DNA from: Sedimentisphaerales bacterium
GTDB lineage: Bacteria; Planctomycetota; Phycisphaerae; Sedimentisphaerales; SM23-30
Assembly (NCBI GenBank): GCA_963666285.1
Contig: OY762711.1
DNA: 64,000 nt
Reading direction: 5' to 3' (one strand)
Position 1 is the first letter of the stretch; every line of letters starts with the position of its first letter. The notes beneath the pieces are model-generated. The model did not search any database. It was given only the letters and a program-made list of their open reading frames with translations, and was not told the DNA's origin. Positions 45,651 to 56,763 of this stretch are shown piece after piece. Position numbers and translations under genes: made by a program.

Positions 45651-46985
45651 CTGAACTTTTGCAAAATTAAAAAATTAACGTTAAAATGTGGTATAGACCG
45701 ATAAAATTTGATAGCAGAGCACTCCGAAAACCCAGAAAGGATTTTGGTATGCCAGCTATAGTACAATACCCTACAGTAGTCCAGCAAGCTGTCGATGAAT
45801 TTGGCGATCATTTTCAAAATGAGCCTGAACGTCGTCATTTTGCTGAGTATATCACCGGTCTTATCATTGCCCGCAAGAAAAACGTCTCTGCCATCAACAG
45901 GGAATTTGCATTTGCCTCTGATCAATCCTGTCTCAACCGGTTTCTCACCGATGTTGAATGGGACGAAGAATCGCTTAACACTGCCAGACTGGAGTGGCTG
46001 CAGAAAGACCCTAAAACCAGATATAGCGATTCTGGGGTTATTGCCCTTGATAATGTTCTGATAGACCATAGTGGTAAACATATTGAGGATGTAGGATATT
46101 TCTGGGATCATGCAGATCAACGTAATAAAATAGCCCATGATTACCTGATAGCCAATTATGTCTGTAATTCCGGGAAACATTATCCTTTGGAGTTTTACAG
46201 ATTTGTCAAAAAAGAAGATTGTCTGGAACGGGGCATTGAATTTCAGGATCATAATATCCTTTTCCGCAATCTGGTTGACTGGACTGTAGCTAACGATATT
46301 CCCGGTGACTTTACCTTCGATAGCTGGTTTACCCATAGCGACAACCTTAACCATATAAACCAGTATGAACGTAATTATGTTGGTGATTTGAAAACAAATC
46401 GTAAGACTATATTTCAGGGCAAAGTAATAAAGGCTGAAGAAGTAGCCAAATCTATTGACCCTGAAATCAAAAAACTCATAACTATTGGCAAGCATCGCCA
46501 ATATTACTTTACTAAAAGTATCAGGATTCCTGGTGTAGACCACAAAGTACGTATCCTGATTATCTGGCATAAAAAGAATGATATTGAACCTAAAAAGATT
46601 CTGGTTTGCAATCGATGCAACTGGGAAGCGATTCGTATCCTGAAGGTCTATCGCTGCCGCTGGCAAGGCACAGAGTGCTTTCATCGAGACGGCAAGCAGT
46701 ATTTGGGCATGGGCGACTGTCAGCTTAGAAGCGGCCTGGGTCAGACAAGACACATGTACATGGTGTTTCTGGCGTATAGCGTACTTTTGACTCAAATGCA
46801 GCAGAACCGTGTGTGTGAATGGGCACGAGAACGCCTGACGACCATAGGACAATCTTGTATGGCAGTTATGCGAGAAACTCTCAGCAATACAATCGCTTGG
46901 GTGGTTGATCAAATCGAATCCAACGGAACAAGTTTTAAACGTATTAAAGTACAATTAGCTTTACCCTAATTTTGCAAAAGTTCAG
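45651..46985 (+). mobile_element. IS701-like insertion sequence
   Basis: 19-bp perfect TIR CTGAACTTTTGCAAAATTA; flanking TTATAT duplication (45645-45650, 46986-46991). Confidence 0.93.
45749..46969 (+). CDS. DDE transposase (IS701-like)
   Basis: IALDNV, TFDSWF, Y..RW..E.FHRDGKQ.LG. Confidence 0.92.
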   Translation: MPAIVQYPTVVQQAVDEFGDHFQNEPERRHFAEYITGLIIARKKNVSAINREFAFASDQSCLNRFLTDVEWDEESLNTARLEWLQKDPKTRYSDSGVIALDNVLIDHSGKHIEDVGYFWDHADQRNKIAHDYLIANYVCNSGKHYPLEFYRFVKKEDCLERGIEFQDHNILFRNLVDWTVANDIPGDFTFDSWFTHSDNLNHINQYERNYVGDLKTNRKTIFQGKVIKAEEVAKSIDPEIKKLITIGKHRQYYFTKSIRIPGVDHKVRILIIWHKKNDIEPKKILVCNRCNWEAIRILKVYRCRWQGTECFHRDGKQYLGMGDCQLRSGLGQTRHMYMVFLAYSVLLTQMQQNRVCEWARERLTTIGQSCMAVMRETLSNTIAWVVDQIESNGTSFKRIKVQLALP

Positions 46986-48320
46986 TTATATATGTTATTG
47001 TGCTGGTGAGCCTGGGAGCCAGGTCTATAGTGCAGCAGCTTCAAGGGAACAGGCTTCCCTTATCTATAATGATATGGCAGCTATGATAGAGAGGAATCCT
47101 TCTCTCTCAAAGAGAGCCAATTTAACTAAAGCCTATAAAAAAATAGAAATTGAGTCTAAAGAGGAATGTGTTTTTAAGTCTCTTTCTTCTGAGGGAAAGG
47201 TTTTACATGGTCTAGATATATATGCACTATGTATAGATGAACTTCATTGTATCTCTGACAGGGAATATTTAGCGGCTCTCACAACGGCTCAGGGAGCAAG
47301 AAAGAACCCTCTTACTATATATATAACTACTGCTGGAGTCTATGAGCCTAATAGCCCTTGTTATGAGAAATATGATTATTCTAAAAAGATAATTGAGGGA
47401 GTTATTCAAGATTCTTCATTTCTCCCTGTTATATTTGAAGCTGATAAAAATATAGATTGGCGAGAAGAGGAAACATGGAAACAGGCTAATCCTAACTTGG
47501 GTGTTTCTGTATCATTAGATTATCTAAAAAAGAAATGTGAGGAAGCTAAAAACCTTCCTTCAGAAGAGAATAATTTTAAGAGACTCCACCTTAATCTATG
47601 GACAGAACAATTAGATAGATGGCTCCCTATGGAAAATTGGAATGAGTGTGATGAACTGCCTTCCAAGGATAATTCTATAAAATGGTATGGTGGTCTTGAT
47701 ATGTCTACAGTTACAGACTTATCTTCATTTGTTTTAGTGGGAGAAGATGAAGAAGGATATTTCCATGTTCATACTTGGGCGTTTATTCCCAAGGATAACA
47801 TAACAAGAAGAGAAGAAAGAGATAAGGTTCCCTTCTCTGTATGGGCTAAAGAAGGAAAGATAGAACTAACAGAAGGAAACTCAATAGACCATGATTATAT
47901 AAGGAAAAGAATAGGAGAGATTGCTGAAGAGTTTGAGATAAAAGAAATAGCAGTAGATAGAGCTAATGCAACTCAGATAATAACTCAACTAATGGGAGAT
48001 GGTTTTGAAATTGTCCCTCATGGACAAGGTTTTCTCTCTATGAGTTCTCCTTCAAAGTTTTTAGAAACTCTTCTATTGCAGAAGAAAATTAAACATGGAG
48101 GACAGCCTGTTTTAAGATGGTGCGCTAGTAATGTTACAGTTGAAACAGATGCTTGTGAAAACATAAAACCTTCTAAAAAGAAGTCAATAGAAAGAATTGA
48201 TAGTATTGTTGCCTTAGTTATGGCATTAGGGAGACTGATTTCAACTGAAATAGTTGAAGAAAAAGAATCTGTTTATGAGTCAAGAGGAATATTAAGTTTT
48301 TAAGATTGGGAAAAGGGAAT

Positions 48321-51300
48321 ATGGGAGACAAGGAAATAATTAAAATCAATAATAGAAATCCATTTGTTCAAAAAATAAATGAAGCTTCAAATCCTTATAA
48401 CAAGGGAAATAGTATATTCAATGTTAGAAAGAAACCATATGAAGAAGTTAAGGAAGAATTAGTTTCTGTTGTTATCCTGTCTAGAAATGAAGAATTTTTA
48501 TCTCAGACAATAAATAATATGTCTGAGCTGGCTGAGGGACCAATTGAGTTTGTTATAGTTTTGGACGGGGACTATGAACCTGAAAAGATAATTGATGTTA
48601 ATGAAACTCTTCACAGGTCTCATTCTATTCAGTTTGTTTGTAATAAAGAGCCACTAGGGAGAAGACCTTCTTCAAACCTTGGAGCAGAGAGAGCAAGAGG
48701 GAAATATCTTTTCCATTTAGATGCTCATTGCAAAACTGATTGTAAGGCATGGGACACATTACTTAAACAGTCTGTAACTACTCCTTCTACTATGGTTATT
48801 CCTTCCCTGAATAAACTTATTGTTCCTGAATATAAGCAAGTTGGGAATAGGAATGGACACAAGTATATAAGTGTCAATTTTAAGGACCAATGGTCCGGAA
48901 ATAAGGGAAGATATAACTTAGAACCTACTATAACAGGAAATGGAATGGGATGGTTTTTGACAAAGGAATATTATTTATCCTGTGGAGGTTGTGATGTTTC
49001 TTCTCCTGCTTATGTATGGGGAAACTTTGGTATAGAATGGGCTTTGAAAACTTGGCTATGTGATTTTGGTTTAGGAGCTGGACAGGTCCTTCTTACAACT
49101 GAAGTTGTCTTTGCTCATTTATGGCAAAAGAAACTTCCATATAAACAGCCAGGAATAGGGAAAGATAGAAACAGATTAAAAGAAATGTATCTTGATGGAA
49201 AAGCCCCTAATCAAGTTAGACCATTTTCATTCTTTGAAGAGAACCTTGGACACCTTCTCCCTAAAAATAAAGAGACACCTGAGAAACAGCCTTTAAGAGT
49301 TCTACAGGAAGAAACTGAACCTGATGTAACTGTCATTATGAATACTAACGGTCTTTATCCCGATTTGATTGAGGAAGCAATTCAATCATTTATAAATCAG
49401 GATTATCCAAATAAATATTTGAAAATAGTTTCAACTAATAAACATTTGAAACTTGATAGAGAATATGAAGATATAGAAATTATTTATGTTGAACCATTTG
49501 AAAGATTCCCACAACAGATTCAATATGCTTTGAAACAAGTTAAGACTCCTTATTGGTGTATTATGGATTCAGATGATGTTTTCAGTTCAGACCATATTTC
49601 TAAGCTAGTAAAAATAATGTTAAGGGAAAAGAAGAATGGATTAAAAAGCCCTTGTTATGTAGGGATTGATGGAGCCATAGAGCATTGGGTTAATAAAGGA
49701 ACTCCTAAACTTAGAAATAGAGGGTGGTGGTCTTGTCTTTATGATAGAGTTCCTGATGAAAAGATAGATGAAGTATTCAATGAGTTTCTTAATAAGAGAA
49801 ATAAGGACACAGGCTCAGACTTGCATTTTATAAAGAAAGATTTTTGGAATAAGAAACTAGTTCAAGGGAAAAAGACAGCCTATCACAGATTAGGAGTAGC
49901 TTTCCATATTAGAAATGAAAGATGGAAGGATAATTATTATAAAAACTCATTAGAGACTGTTAATAACTATGTTCCTCCTGTATTGGTTCCCAAATGGAAA
50001 AAGGATTATGATAAAATGATAAATGATTTTAATTATCCAAGAGTTACTTTGATTATGAACACTTTTCAAAGGGACATGAAGACTCTTCAAGAATCCATAT
50101 ATTCTTTCTTATGCCAGGATTACCCAAATAAGAAACTTCTGATAGTTAATTCTTCCCCAAAAAGATTAGTTCATAGAGGTTATTCTCCTGATGTTGAAGT
50201 TATAGATATTAAATCTTCTCACCATTTACAAGAGTTTAAGAATGCTTGTAAACACTTGATAGAGAATGCAGGAGATAATGAGTTCTTTTCTATTTTTGAT
50301 GATGATGATGTTTTAAAGCCTAATCATATTTCCCAAATGGTCCAAAATCTTCAGAAAAACAAGTTCAAATCTTGTATAAATAGAAACTATGTAGATTTCA
50401 ACATAAAAAGAAATTCGGGGAAAGAAGTATCTAAGCTTATGTGGTGGAATGGTATTTATCCTGTCTCTCTTTTAGAGACTATTAAATTAGGAACAGATTT
50501 AGAAGGCTTTGATAAGAGATTCATGGAACAGGCTAATCCTGTTGAATATGATGGAGAAGCAACATATATATGGCAAAGAGGAAATGTTATCCATGAATCC
50601 AAAACTAATAAAAACTCTCATGAAGAGAAATTAGATAGGATGAAGAGAGCTAAGGAAGAAGCTATGAACAGGAAAGATGATATCCCCGTTTATGTCAGAC
50701 CTTATATCCCTGATCCACCTATGATAACTGTTTGTATGGTTACTTATGGAAGTCATAAGGCTAAGACTGAAGAAGCTATTCAATCTTATATAAATCAATC
50801 ATATAAGTTTAAGAAATTACTAATTCTGAACACTCACAAGGACCCTATTAAGTTAGAAACTGAATATTCAGATATAGAGATTATAGAATTGCCTAATAAG
50901 AAGTTTAACTCTTTGGGAGAAAAACATGAATATCTAATAAATCAGGTAGATACTCCATATTGGACTGTTCTTGATGATGATGATATTATTCTCCCTTGGC
51001 ACCTTGAAACCTTGGCTTCTGCATTAGTTCATAATAGAGCTAGTTATGATAAGCCTTCACACAAGAGACCTTTATTAACAGGACATAATAGAAAGATTAT
51101 CTCCGTAGATAATAAGTATTCATATATAAAGAGTGGTTCAGGTTGGACCTGTCGAGTATTTGAGAAGTTGAGTCCTGATAAGGTAAGAGGGAAATTACAG
51201 AAGAAAATTAAGGGAACAAGTGAATGTAATTATGATGCTAGGTTCTGTTCTGGGAAATGGCACTCATTTATATTAAATTATCCTGTTCTTCCTTCTTATG

Positions 51301-52007
51301 TATGGAGAGGAGGAGGAGATAATTTCCATCTTTCAGCAGCAGGAGACACAGATGAAGTATTCAATAATGCTTTTAATAATGCTGAGGATGAAGCACAAAA
51401 AATAGATAATTCTTCTGTTTGGGTTCCTCATTGGGAAAAAGACTATGTTAAAGAGTTCTATTATTTTCTTAATATAGGAAGTCATAAACAAATATTTGGA
51501 AAGAATCATCATCATTTAAGACTAAGTTCCTCAGGAGCCATAAGGAAGAAAGAATTTCATTTCCTGAATGATTTCTGTAAAGAACATAATGTTAAGAATA
51601 TAGTTGAGTTTGGTTCAGGAGCCTCTACTCTCTCTTTCTCTTTGGAAGGATATAATATAACTTCCTATGAGACTAGTGAATATTGGCGTGACAGAGTTAG
51701 ACTATTCCTGAGTTATGACCCTATTAAAATGTGGGATGGAAAAGCATTTAAATTAGAAGAAGATGTAGATTTAGTTTTCATAGACGGTCCAGACCCTCCT
51801 GATTCAAGGGAAGAATCATTCAAGACAGCTATAACTAGTAATGCTAAATATATAGCTGCTCACGATGTATTCAGGCATATAGAGCAAAATTTTATTGAGA
51901 AATATCTTCTTCAGAATGGTTATAAGGAGATTGCAAAGATAGGACCAACAAAAGGAGTAAAAGGACCTAATAAACTAAGAGGGATAGGGATATATGGGAA
52001 AGAATAA
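48321..52007 (+). CDS. Multidomain glycosyltransferase (GT27-like + 3x GT2-like) with methyltransferase; homologue of 14332
   Basis: FHLDAHC, DSDD, DDDD, DDDD, VEFGSGAST; long blocks identical to the prophage 1 copy. Confidence 0.88.
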   Translation: MGDKEIIKINNRNPFVQKINEASNPYNKGNSIFNVRKKPYEEVKEELVSVVILSRNEEFLSQTINNMSELAEGPIEFVIVLDGDYEPEKIIDVNETLHRSHSIQFVCNKEPLGRRPSSNLGAERARGKYLFHLDAHCKTDCKAWDTLLKQSVTTPSTMVIPSLNKLIVPEYKQVGNRNGHKYISVNFKDQWSGNKGRYNLEPTITGNGMGWFLTKEYYLSCGGCDVSSPAYVWGNFGIEWALKTWLCDFGLGAGQVLLTTEVVFAHLWQKKLPYKQPGIGKDRNRLKEMYLDGKAPNQVRPFSFFEENLGHLLPKNKETPEKQPLRVLQEETEPDVTVIMNTNGLYPDLIEEAIQSFINQDYPNKYLKIVSTNKHLKLDREYEDIEIIYVEPFERFPQQIQYALKQVKTPYWCIMDSDDVFSSDHISKLVKIMLREKKNGLKSPCYVGIDGAIEHWVNKGTPKLRNRGWWSCLYDRVPDEKIDEVFNEFLNKRNKDTGSDLHFIKKDFWNKKLVQGKKTAYHRLGVAFHIRNERWKDNYYKNSLETVNNYVPPVLVPKWKKDYDKMINDFNYPRVTLIMNTFQRDMKTLQESIYSFLCQDYPNKKLLIVNSSPKRLVHRGYSPDVEVIDIKSSHHLQEFKNACKHLIENAGDNEFFSIFDDDDVLKPNHISQMVQNLQKNKFKSCINRNYVDFNIKRNSGKEVSKLMWWNGIYPVSLLETIKLGTDLEGFDKRFMEQANPVEYDGEATYIWQRGNVIHESKTNKNSHEEKLDRMKRAKEEAMNRKDDIPVYVRPYIPDPPMITVCMVTYGSHKAKTEEAIQSYINQSYKFKKLLILNTHKDPIKLETEYSDIEIIELPNKKFNSLGEKHEYLINQVDTPYWTVLDDDDIILPWHLETLASALVHNRASYDKPSHKRPLLTGHNRKIISVDNKYSYIKSGSGWTCRVFEKLSPDKVRGKLQKKIKGTSECNYDARFCSGKWHSFILNYPVLPSYVWRGGGDNFHLSAAGDTDEVFNNAFNNAEDEAQKIDNSSVWVPHWEKDYVKEFYYFLNIGSHKQIFGKNHHHLRLSSSGAIRKKEFHFLNDFCKEHNVKNIVEFGSGASTLSFSLEGYNITSYETSEYWRDRVRLFLSYDPIKMWDGKAFKLEEDVDLVFIDGPDPPDSREESFKTAITSNAKYIAAHDVFRHIEQNFIEKYLLQNGYKEIAKIGPTKGVKGPNKLRGIGIYGKE

Positions 52008-52686
52008 GAAAGTTATATACACTTCTTATTTTGGGAATAGAGGAGGAATTATAGAACCTTCTTATATATCCCCAGGATGGGACTATGTATTTTTCACTGA
52101 CAACGAATATATATATGATTTGAGTAAGAAACATCTATTAACTTGGAAGATAGAATATATTCCTACTACTACAGAAGAAACAGACTCAGAAATTAGAGCA
52201 AAGTTCTATAAAATTGTTTCTCATGCCTTTTTTCCTGAGTATGAATATTCCATATATATAGATTCTGACAAATACAAGATAGATTGTAACCTTGATAGAT
52301 TTATAGAAAATACTCTTTCTCCTGATTCTGTTTTTGCTTCTTTGAAGCATAGAAAATGCGATTGCACATATAAAGAGATTGAGAGACAGAGAAAAAGAAA
52401 AAGGGATTTTGATAAAAACTTCGATGATATAAGGGATAGATGTATAGATTCAGGACTTCCTGAGCATTGGGGATTGAATGATAATTCTATAGTTGTAAGG
52501 AAACATTGTTCAGAATTATATATAGTTATGAATAATTGGTGGTTAGAAGTTGCTAAGTATTGCAAGCGAGACCAATGTTCCTTAATGAAGGTTTTATATG
52601 AATCAGGTCTTCCATTTAATCAGTTGGAATATGAAGGATTTAAGAATTATAAAACTATGAGATATTTGAGTAGAATCTCAAAATAA
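51994..52686 (+). CDS. DUF616-like glycosyltransferase-like protein
   Basis: VIYTSYFG, GWDYVFFTD, FPEYEYSIYID, GLP..GL.D, WW.EV..RDQ.S. Confidence 0.85.
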   Translation: MGKNKKVIYTSYFGNRGGIIEPSYISPGWDYVFFTDNEYIYDLSKKHLLTWKIEYIPTTTEETDSEIRAKFYKIVSHAFFPEYEYSIYIDSDKYKIDCNLDRFIENTLSPDSVFASLKHRKCDCTYKEIERQRKRKRDFDKNFDDIRDRCIDSGLPEHWGLNDNSIVVRKHCSELYIVMNNWWLEVAKYCKRDQCSLMKVLYESGLPFNQLEYEGFKNYKTMRYLSRISK

Positions 52687-52779
52687 AAAAAGGGATTAGA
52701 GAAAATTGAGTGAATATATATGGAGAGGAGGAGAAGGACTCTCTCTATATAGATAGATAGAACAGGGATTCATATAAAT

Positions 52780-54336
52780 ATGTTCAAGAAAATACGTTCT
52801 TTTTTTGATGGCACAAAGAAAGCTGATACAGCCACTACAAAAACAATAACAAATCAGTGGTTCCCGTCTTCCTTGATTTCAGGGAATACAACTCATGGGG
52901 AAAATGTTTCTTATGGGAATGCTTTAACAATTTCAACAGTTTTTGCTTGTGTTAATGTGATTTCACAAGATACAGCAAAGGTCCCATTTTATTCATTTCA
53001 GAAGACAGACAAAGGAAAAGAGAGACAAAATAATAAAATATCTCATTTATTGAATTTTAGACCTAATCCTTTAATGTCTTCAATGGATTTCAGACAGACA
53101 CTTACAGCACATTGTTTAACTTATGGTAATGGCTATGCAGAAATTCAGAGAGACATAAATAATGAAATAACTGCTTTATGGATTCTCCCACCTGATAAAG
53201 TTAAGCCTGTTTTTAATGAGGAAAATAAGCTCATATATGAGATTCATTCTCATGGGAGGATTTCATATTTATATCCTGAAGAAATTATTCATATAAAAGG
53301 ACTAGGTTTTGATGGTTTCCAAGGTTATTCAGTGATTGCTTATGCTTCTCAGTCTTTGGGTTCTGCCCTAGCACAAGATAAATATGCAGGTTCTTTCTTT
53401 GGAAATGGAGCCTCTATGGGTGGATTCTTAGAACATCCTGGGAATATAACAGACAAAGCTCAAAAGAATCTCTTGGAGAGTGTAGAAAGAAGACATTTAG
53501 GAGCAGATAAAGCACATAGATTGTTATTGTTGGAAGAAGGAATGAAGTTTAATCAGGCTTCAATATCGCCTGAAGATTCACAATTATTACAATCAAGACA
53601 ATTCTCTATATCTGAAATATGCAGATGGTTTAGAGTTCCACCTCATAAGGTTTCAGACTTATCTAAAGCAACATTTTCTAATATAGAACAACAATCATTA
53701 GAATATGTCTGTGATACTCTAACTGCTTGGTTTAAGAGATGGGAACAGGAATTATGGTTTAAGTTGTTTGATGATGAAGAAAAAGAACAGGGATATTATG
53801 TTGAACATGTTATAGAAGGGTTATTAAGAGGAGATATAGGAGCAAGATATTCAGCTTATGCTACTGCTAGACAATGGGGTTGGTTAAGTGTAAATGATAT
53901 AAGGGAAAAAGAAAATATGAACCATATAGAAGGAGGAGATAAATATTTAGTTCCTCTTAATATGGTTGATGCCAATACAGTTAATACAGAAGAAACAACT
54001 GAGGAAGATTTAACTGGGGAAAAGATAAACAAACTATCTTTATCTAAAGACATTGCTGAAAGAATAGGAAGAGCAGAATTAAGGGAATTAGATAAACAAA
54101 TAAATAGAGAAGATTTTAATCCTGAATTATTTTCTGAATGGATGAATAAGTTCTATTCAAAACATAATGAATATGTAATTAAGACTCTTTCAATCTTTTC
54201 AGGTGAAATAGAACCTGATAATTTTACTATGAAAAAAGATTTAGAAGAATCTGAAAATAAACAAGGATTATTCAACACAAACAAAGAAACATATATAGAT
54301 AATTTAGAGAGTATGATTTATGGATTCATTAAATAA
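52780..54336 (+). CDS. HK97 family portal with C-terminal extension
   Basis: TVFACV, GNGYAEI, GFDGFQG.S, RVPPHKV, LLRGD, NDIREKEN. Confidence 0.97.
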   Translation: MFKKIRSFFDGTKKADTATTKTITNQWFPSSLISGNTTHGENVSYGNALTISTVFACVNVISQDTAKVPFYSFQKTDKGKERQNNKISHLLNFRPNPLMSSMDFRQTLTAHCLTYGNGYAEIQRDINNEITALWILPPDKVKPVFNEENKLIYEIHSHGRISYLYPEEIIHIKGLGFDGFQGYSVIAYASQSLGSALAQDKYAGSFFGNGASMGGFLEHPGNITDKAQKNLLESVERRHLGADKAHRLLLLEEGMKFNQASISPEDSQLLQSRQFSISEICRWFRVPPHKVSDLSKATFSNIEQQSLEYVCDTLTAWFKRWEQELWFKLFDDEEKEQGYYVEHVIEGLLRGDIGARYSAYATARQWGWLSVNDIREKENMNHIEGGDKYLVPLNMVDANTVNTEETTEEDLTGEKINKLSLSKDIAERIGRAELRELDKQINREDFNPELFSEWMNKFYSKHNEYVIKTLSIFSGEIEPDNFTMKKDLEESENKQGLFNTNKETYIDNLESMIYGFIK

Positions 54337-55156
54337 AAATACAATATGGGCTTTAATGCCTGAGTTTGATTTAGTTTCATTTTTTGGACAGGATAAAGAA
54401 GCCTTAACAAAAGAAGCTAGCTCAGGTTCTTCTTATTCAAAATCTGATAAAGTGGCTATACTTCCTCTATATGGAATGATAGTTCAGAAAGAATCTTGGA
54501 TAACTAAATATGGTTTAGGAACATCTACAGAAACATTCTCAAGATGGTTAGATATGGCTTTATCTGATAATTCTATAGGGAGAATAATAATAGATGTTAA
54601 TAGTCCAGGTGGTTCAGTTTATGGGGTTCAGGAACTATCAGACAAGATAAGGAACTCAAGAGGAAAGAAACCTATTGTAGCAATTGCTAATACACTTATG
54701 GCTTCTGCTGGCTATTGGGTAGCTAGTGCAGCAGACAAGATTTATGCTTCTCCTTCTGCTGATGTTGGTTCAGTGGGTGTTTATATGACTCATGCAGACT
54801 TTTCTGAGCAATTAGAGAAAGAAGGTGTAAAAGTTACATTTATATCAGCGGGAAAATATAAAGTAGAAGGAAATGCTTATGAACCTCTTCAGGAAGAAGC
54901 TAAAGCATATTTACAAAAATCTGTAGATGATACTTATGAAAGTTTCATTTCATCAGTTGCAAAGAATAGAAATACAACTAAATCAGATGTTATTGCTAAT
55001 TATGGTCAAGGAAGAGTTCTTTCTTCTAAGGATGCAATGAAGAATGGTTTAATAGATGGTGTTAAAACATTAGAAGAAGTTCTTAATATAAAAAGAATAA
55101 ACACTTTCAGCAAAAAAAAGGCTGAAATGGATATAGAGTTAAGGAAGTTAAAGTAA
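54320..55156 (+). CDS. S49 family prohead protease
   Basis: DVNSPGG, MASAGYW, GSVGV, GKYKVEGN. Confidence 0.95.
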   Translation: MDSLNKNTIWALMPEFDLVSFFGQDKEALTKEASSGSSYSKSDKVAILPLYGMIVQKESWITKYGLGTSTETFSRWLDMALSDNSIGRIIIDVNSPGGSVYGVQELSDKIRNSRGKKPIVAIANTLMASAGYWVASAADKIYASPSADVGSVGVYMTHADFSEQLEKEGVKVTFISAGKYKVEGNAYEPLQEEAKAYLQKSVDDTYESFISSVAKNRNTTKSDVIANYGQGRVLSSKDAMKNGLIDGVKTLEEVLNIKRINTFSKKKAEMDIELRKLK

Positions 55157-55309
55157 ATAGTTATCTTTCTTACTTTTCACTCGGTAGAGGTTAAGGAGCT
55201 AGAGAATTATGAACAGAGACTTTGTGAATAATAATAATTTTAACAATAACTCAGAGAAGATGTAGAAGAAAAAGATGTAGATTGAAATCTTTGAGGGAGG
55301 ATTTTAATC

Positions 55310-56671
55310 ATGTTATCAATTGAAAAATTGAATGAAAAGAAAGTTGAATTGCTTTCTAAAATGGAAGCTATTGTAGAAGCTTCAGAAGAGTCTCTTTCAG
55401 AAGAGTCTCAAAAAGAATTTGATACTCTTAAAGCTGAGTTTGATAGCACAGTTAAAGCTATTGAAACAGCAGAGACATTAGAAAAGGCTAAACAGGACAA
55501 AGAAGCACAGGATAAAAGACCTGTTCCTTCTAAAGAGAGAATAGTTCCTCAAGAACAGATTTCAGAAGTTAAACCTGAAACAAGTTCAAAGGTTATTCTT
55601 CCTGCAACAGTGAGAAAATCTCATTCATTAAAATCTTTTAAGGGTGAAGATGCTAATGAGAAAGCCTATTCATTCGGTCAGTTTATTAAAGCGGCTAATG
55701 GTGATTATAGAGCAGCTCAATGGTGTAGTGATAGAGGAATTGAAGTAGGTAAGTTTGCAGTTCATAACTCTACTACTAATTCTGCTGGTGGTTATCTTGT
55801 CCCTACTCAGTATTCAGACGATATAGCACAGTTGATTAATTCATATGGTGTAGCTAGACAGGAATGTAAAGTTATTTCAATGGGTTCAGATACTTTTAAT
55901 AGACCTAAAAGAAGTTCAGGTCTAACAGCCTATCCTATAGCTGAATCTGCACAGACAACAGAAAGCACTAAAAGTTATGGAAATATTCAATTAGTGGCTA
56001 AGAATTGGGGAATTATAACAAGAATGACAAGACAACTTTCAGAAGATGCTTTGATTTCTGTTGCTGATGACCTTATGAATGAAATAGCATATCAATTTGC
56101 TTACGCAGAAGATAATTGTTTGTTTAATGGTGATGGAACTTCTACTTATAATTCTATCACAGGTCTTAATTCAGCTATAACAACAGCGGCGGCTGATTCT
56201 AGTTCTAATCCTAATGTAGTTAGTAATACAGCTACTTCAGGTTCAGTAGCAATCAGTGATATAACTTCCCTAATGGGTAGTCTGAATAGATTCTCTTCTA
56301 ATGGTGCTAAGTTCTATTGTAACTCTGCTACTTATTGGAGCGAGCTAATGAAAGCGGCTTATGGAACTTCAGGAACTAATGTAGTTAATGTTGTTGAAGG
56401 CGCTAATGTTAAGTTGATGGGTAAACCTGTTGTGTTCTGTGATATCTTGGCAGATGGTGTAGTTTACTATGGAAATCTTGCTCAGGTTGCAGACTTTGGA
56501 GACAGGTCTCAATATTCTATCGATTTCTCTGATTCTGCTGTAGTTGGTGGAGAAAGTGTATTTGAAAGAAATCAAATTGCTGTTAGAGGATTTGAAAGAT
56601 TTGATATCAATGTTCACTCTTATGGACAAGATGATGAAGCTTGTCCTGTAGCATTGCTAACTATATCTTAA
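55310..56671 (+). CDS. Major capsid protein (HK97 fold)
   Basis: Coiled N-terminus, AGGYLVP, EDNCLFNGDG, FERNQIAVR..ERFD. Confidence 0.95.
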   Translation: MLSIEKLNEKKVELLSKMEAIVEASEESLSEESQKEFDTLKAEFDSTVKAIETAETLEKAKQDKEAQDKRPVPSKERIVPQEQISEVKPETSSKVILPATVRKSHSLKSFKGEDANEKAYSFGQFIKAANGDYRAAQWCSDRGIEVGKFAVHNSTTNSAGGYLVPTQYSDDIAQLINSYGVARQECKVISMGSDTFNRPKRSSGLTAYPIAESAQTTESTKSYGNIQLVAKNWGIITRMTRQLSEDALISVADDLMNEIAYQFAYAEDNCLFNGDGTSTYNSITGLNSAITTAAADSSSNPNVVSNTATSGSVAISDITSLMGSLNRFSSNGAKFYCNSATYWSELMKAAYGTSGTNVVNVVEGANVKLMGKPVVFCDILADGVVYYGNLAQVADFGDRSQYSIDFSDSAVVGGESVFERNQIAVRGFERFDINVHSYGQDDEACPVALLTIS

Positions 56672-56763
56672 TTAACTGGGTTTACTCCCTTTTTTCCTTA
56701 AAGAGTTGGGAGCCTATGGTTCCCTTCTCTGCAAGGAATCACTAGGGACAAGGAAGGGAATAT

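Larger units (their letters stand above)
45331..48303 (+). pseudogene. Terminase large subunit interrupted by IS
   Basis: 5' part has PRKNGKS; 3' part has DELH, GGLDMS; removing the IS plus one TSD restores ...ILTYICYCAGEPG in frame. Confidence 0.95.

Noticed and set aside
45596..46954. 452-aa - strand ORF
   Set aside because: Antisense to the IS701-like transposase; no domain signal
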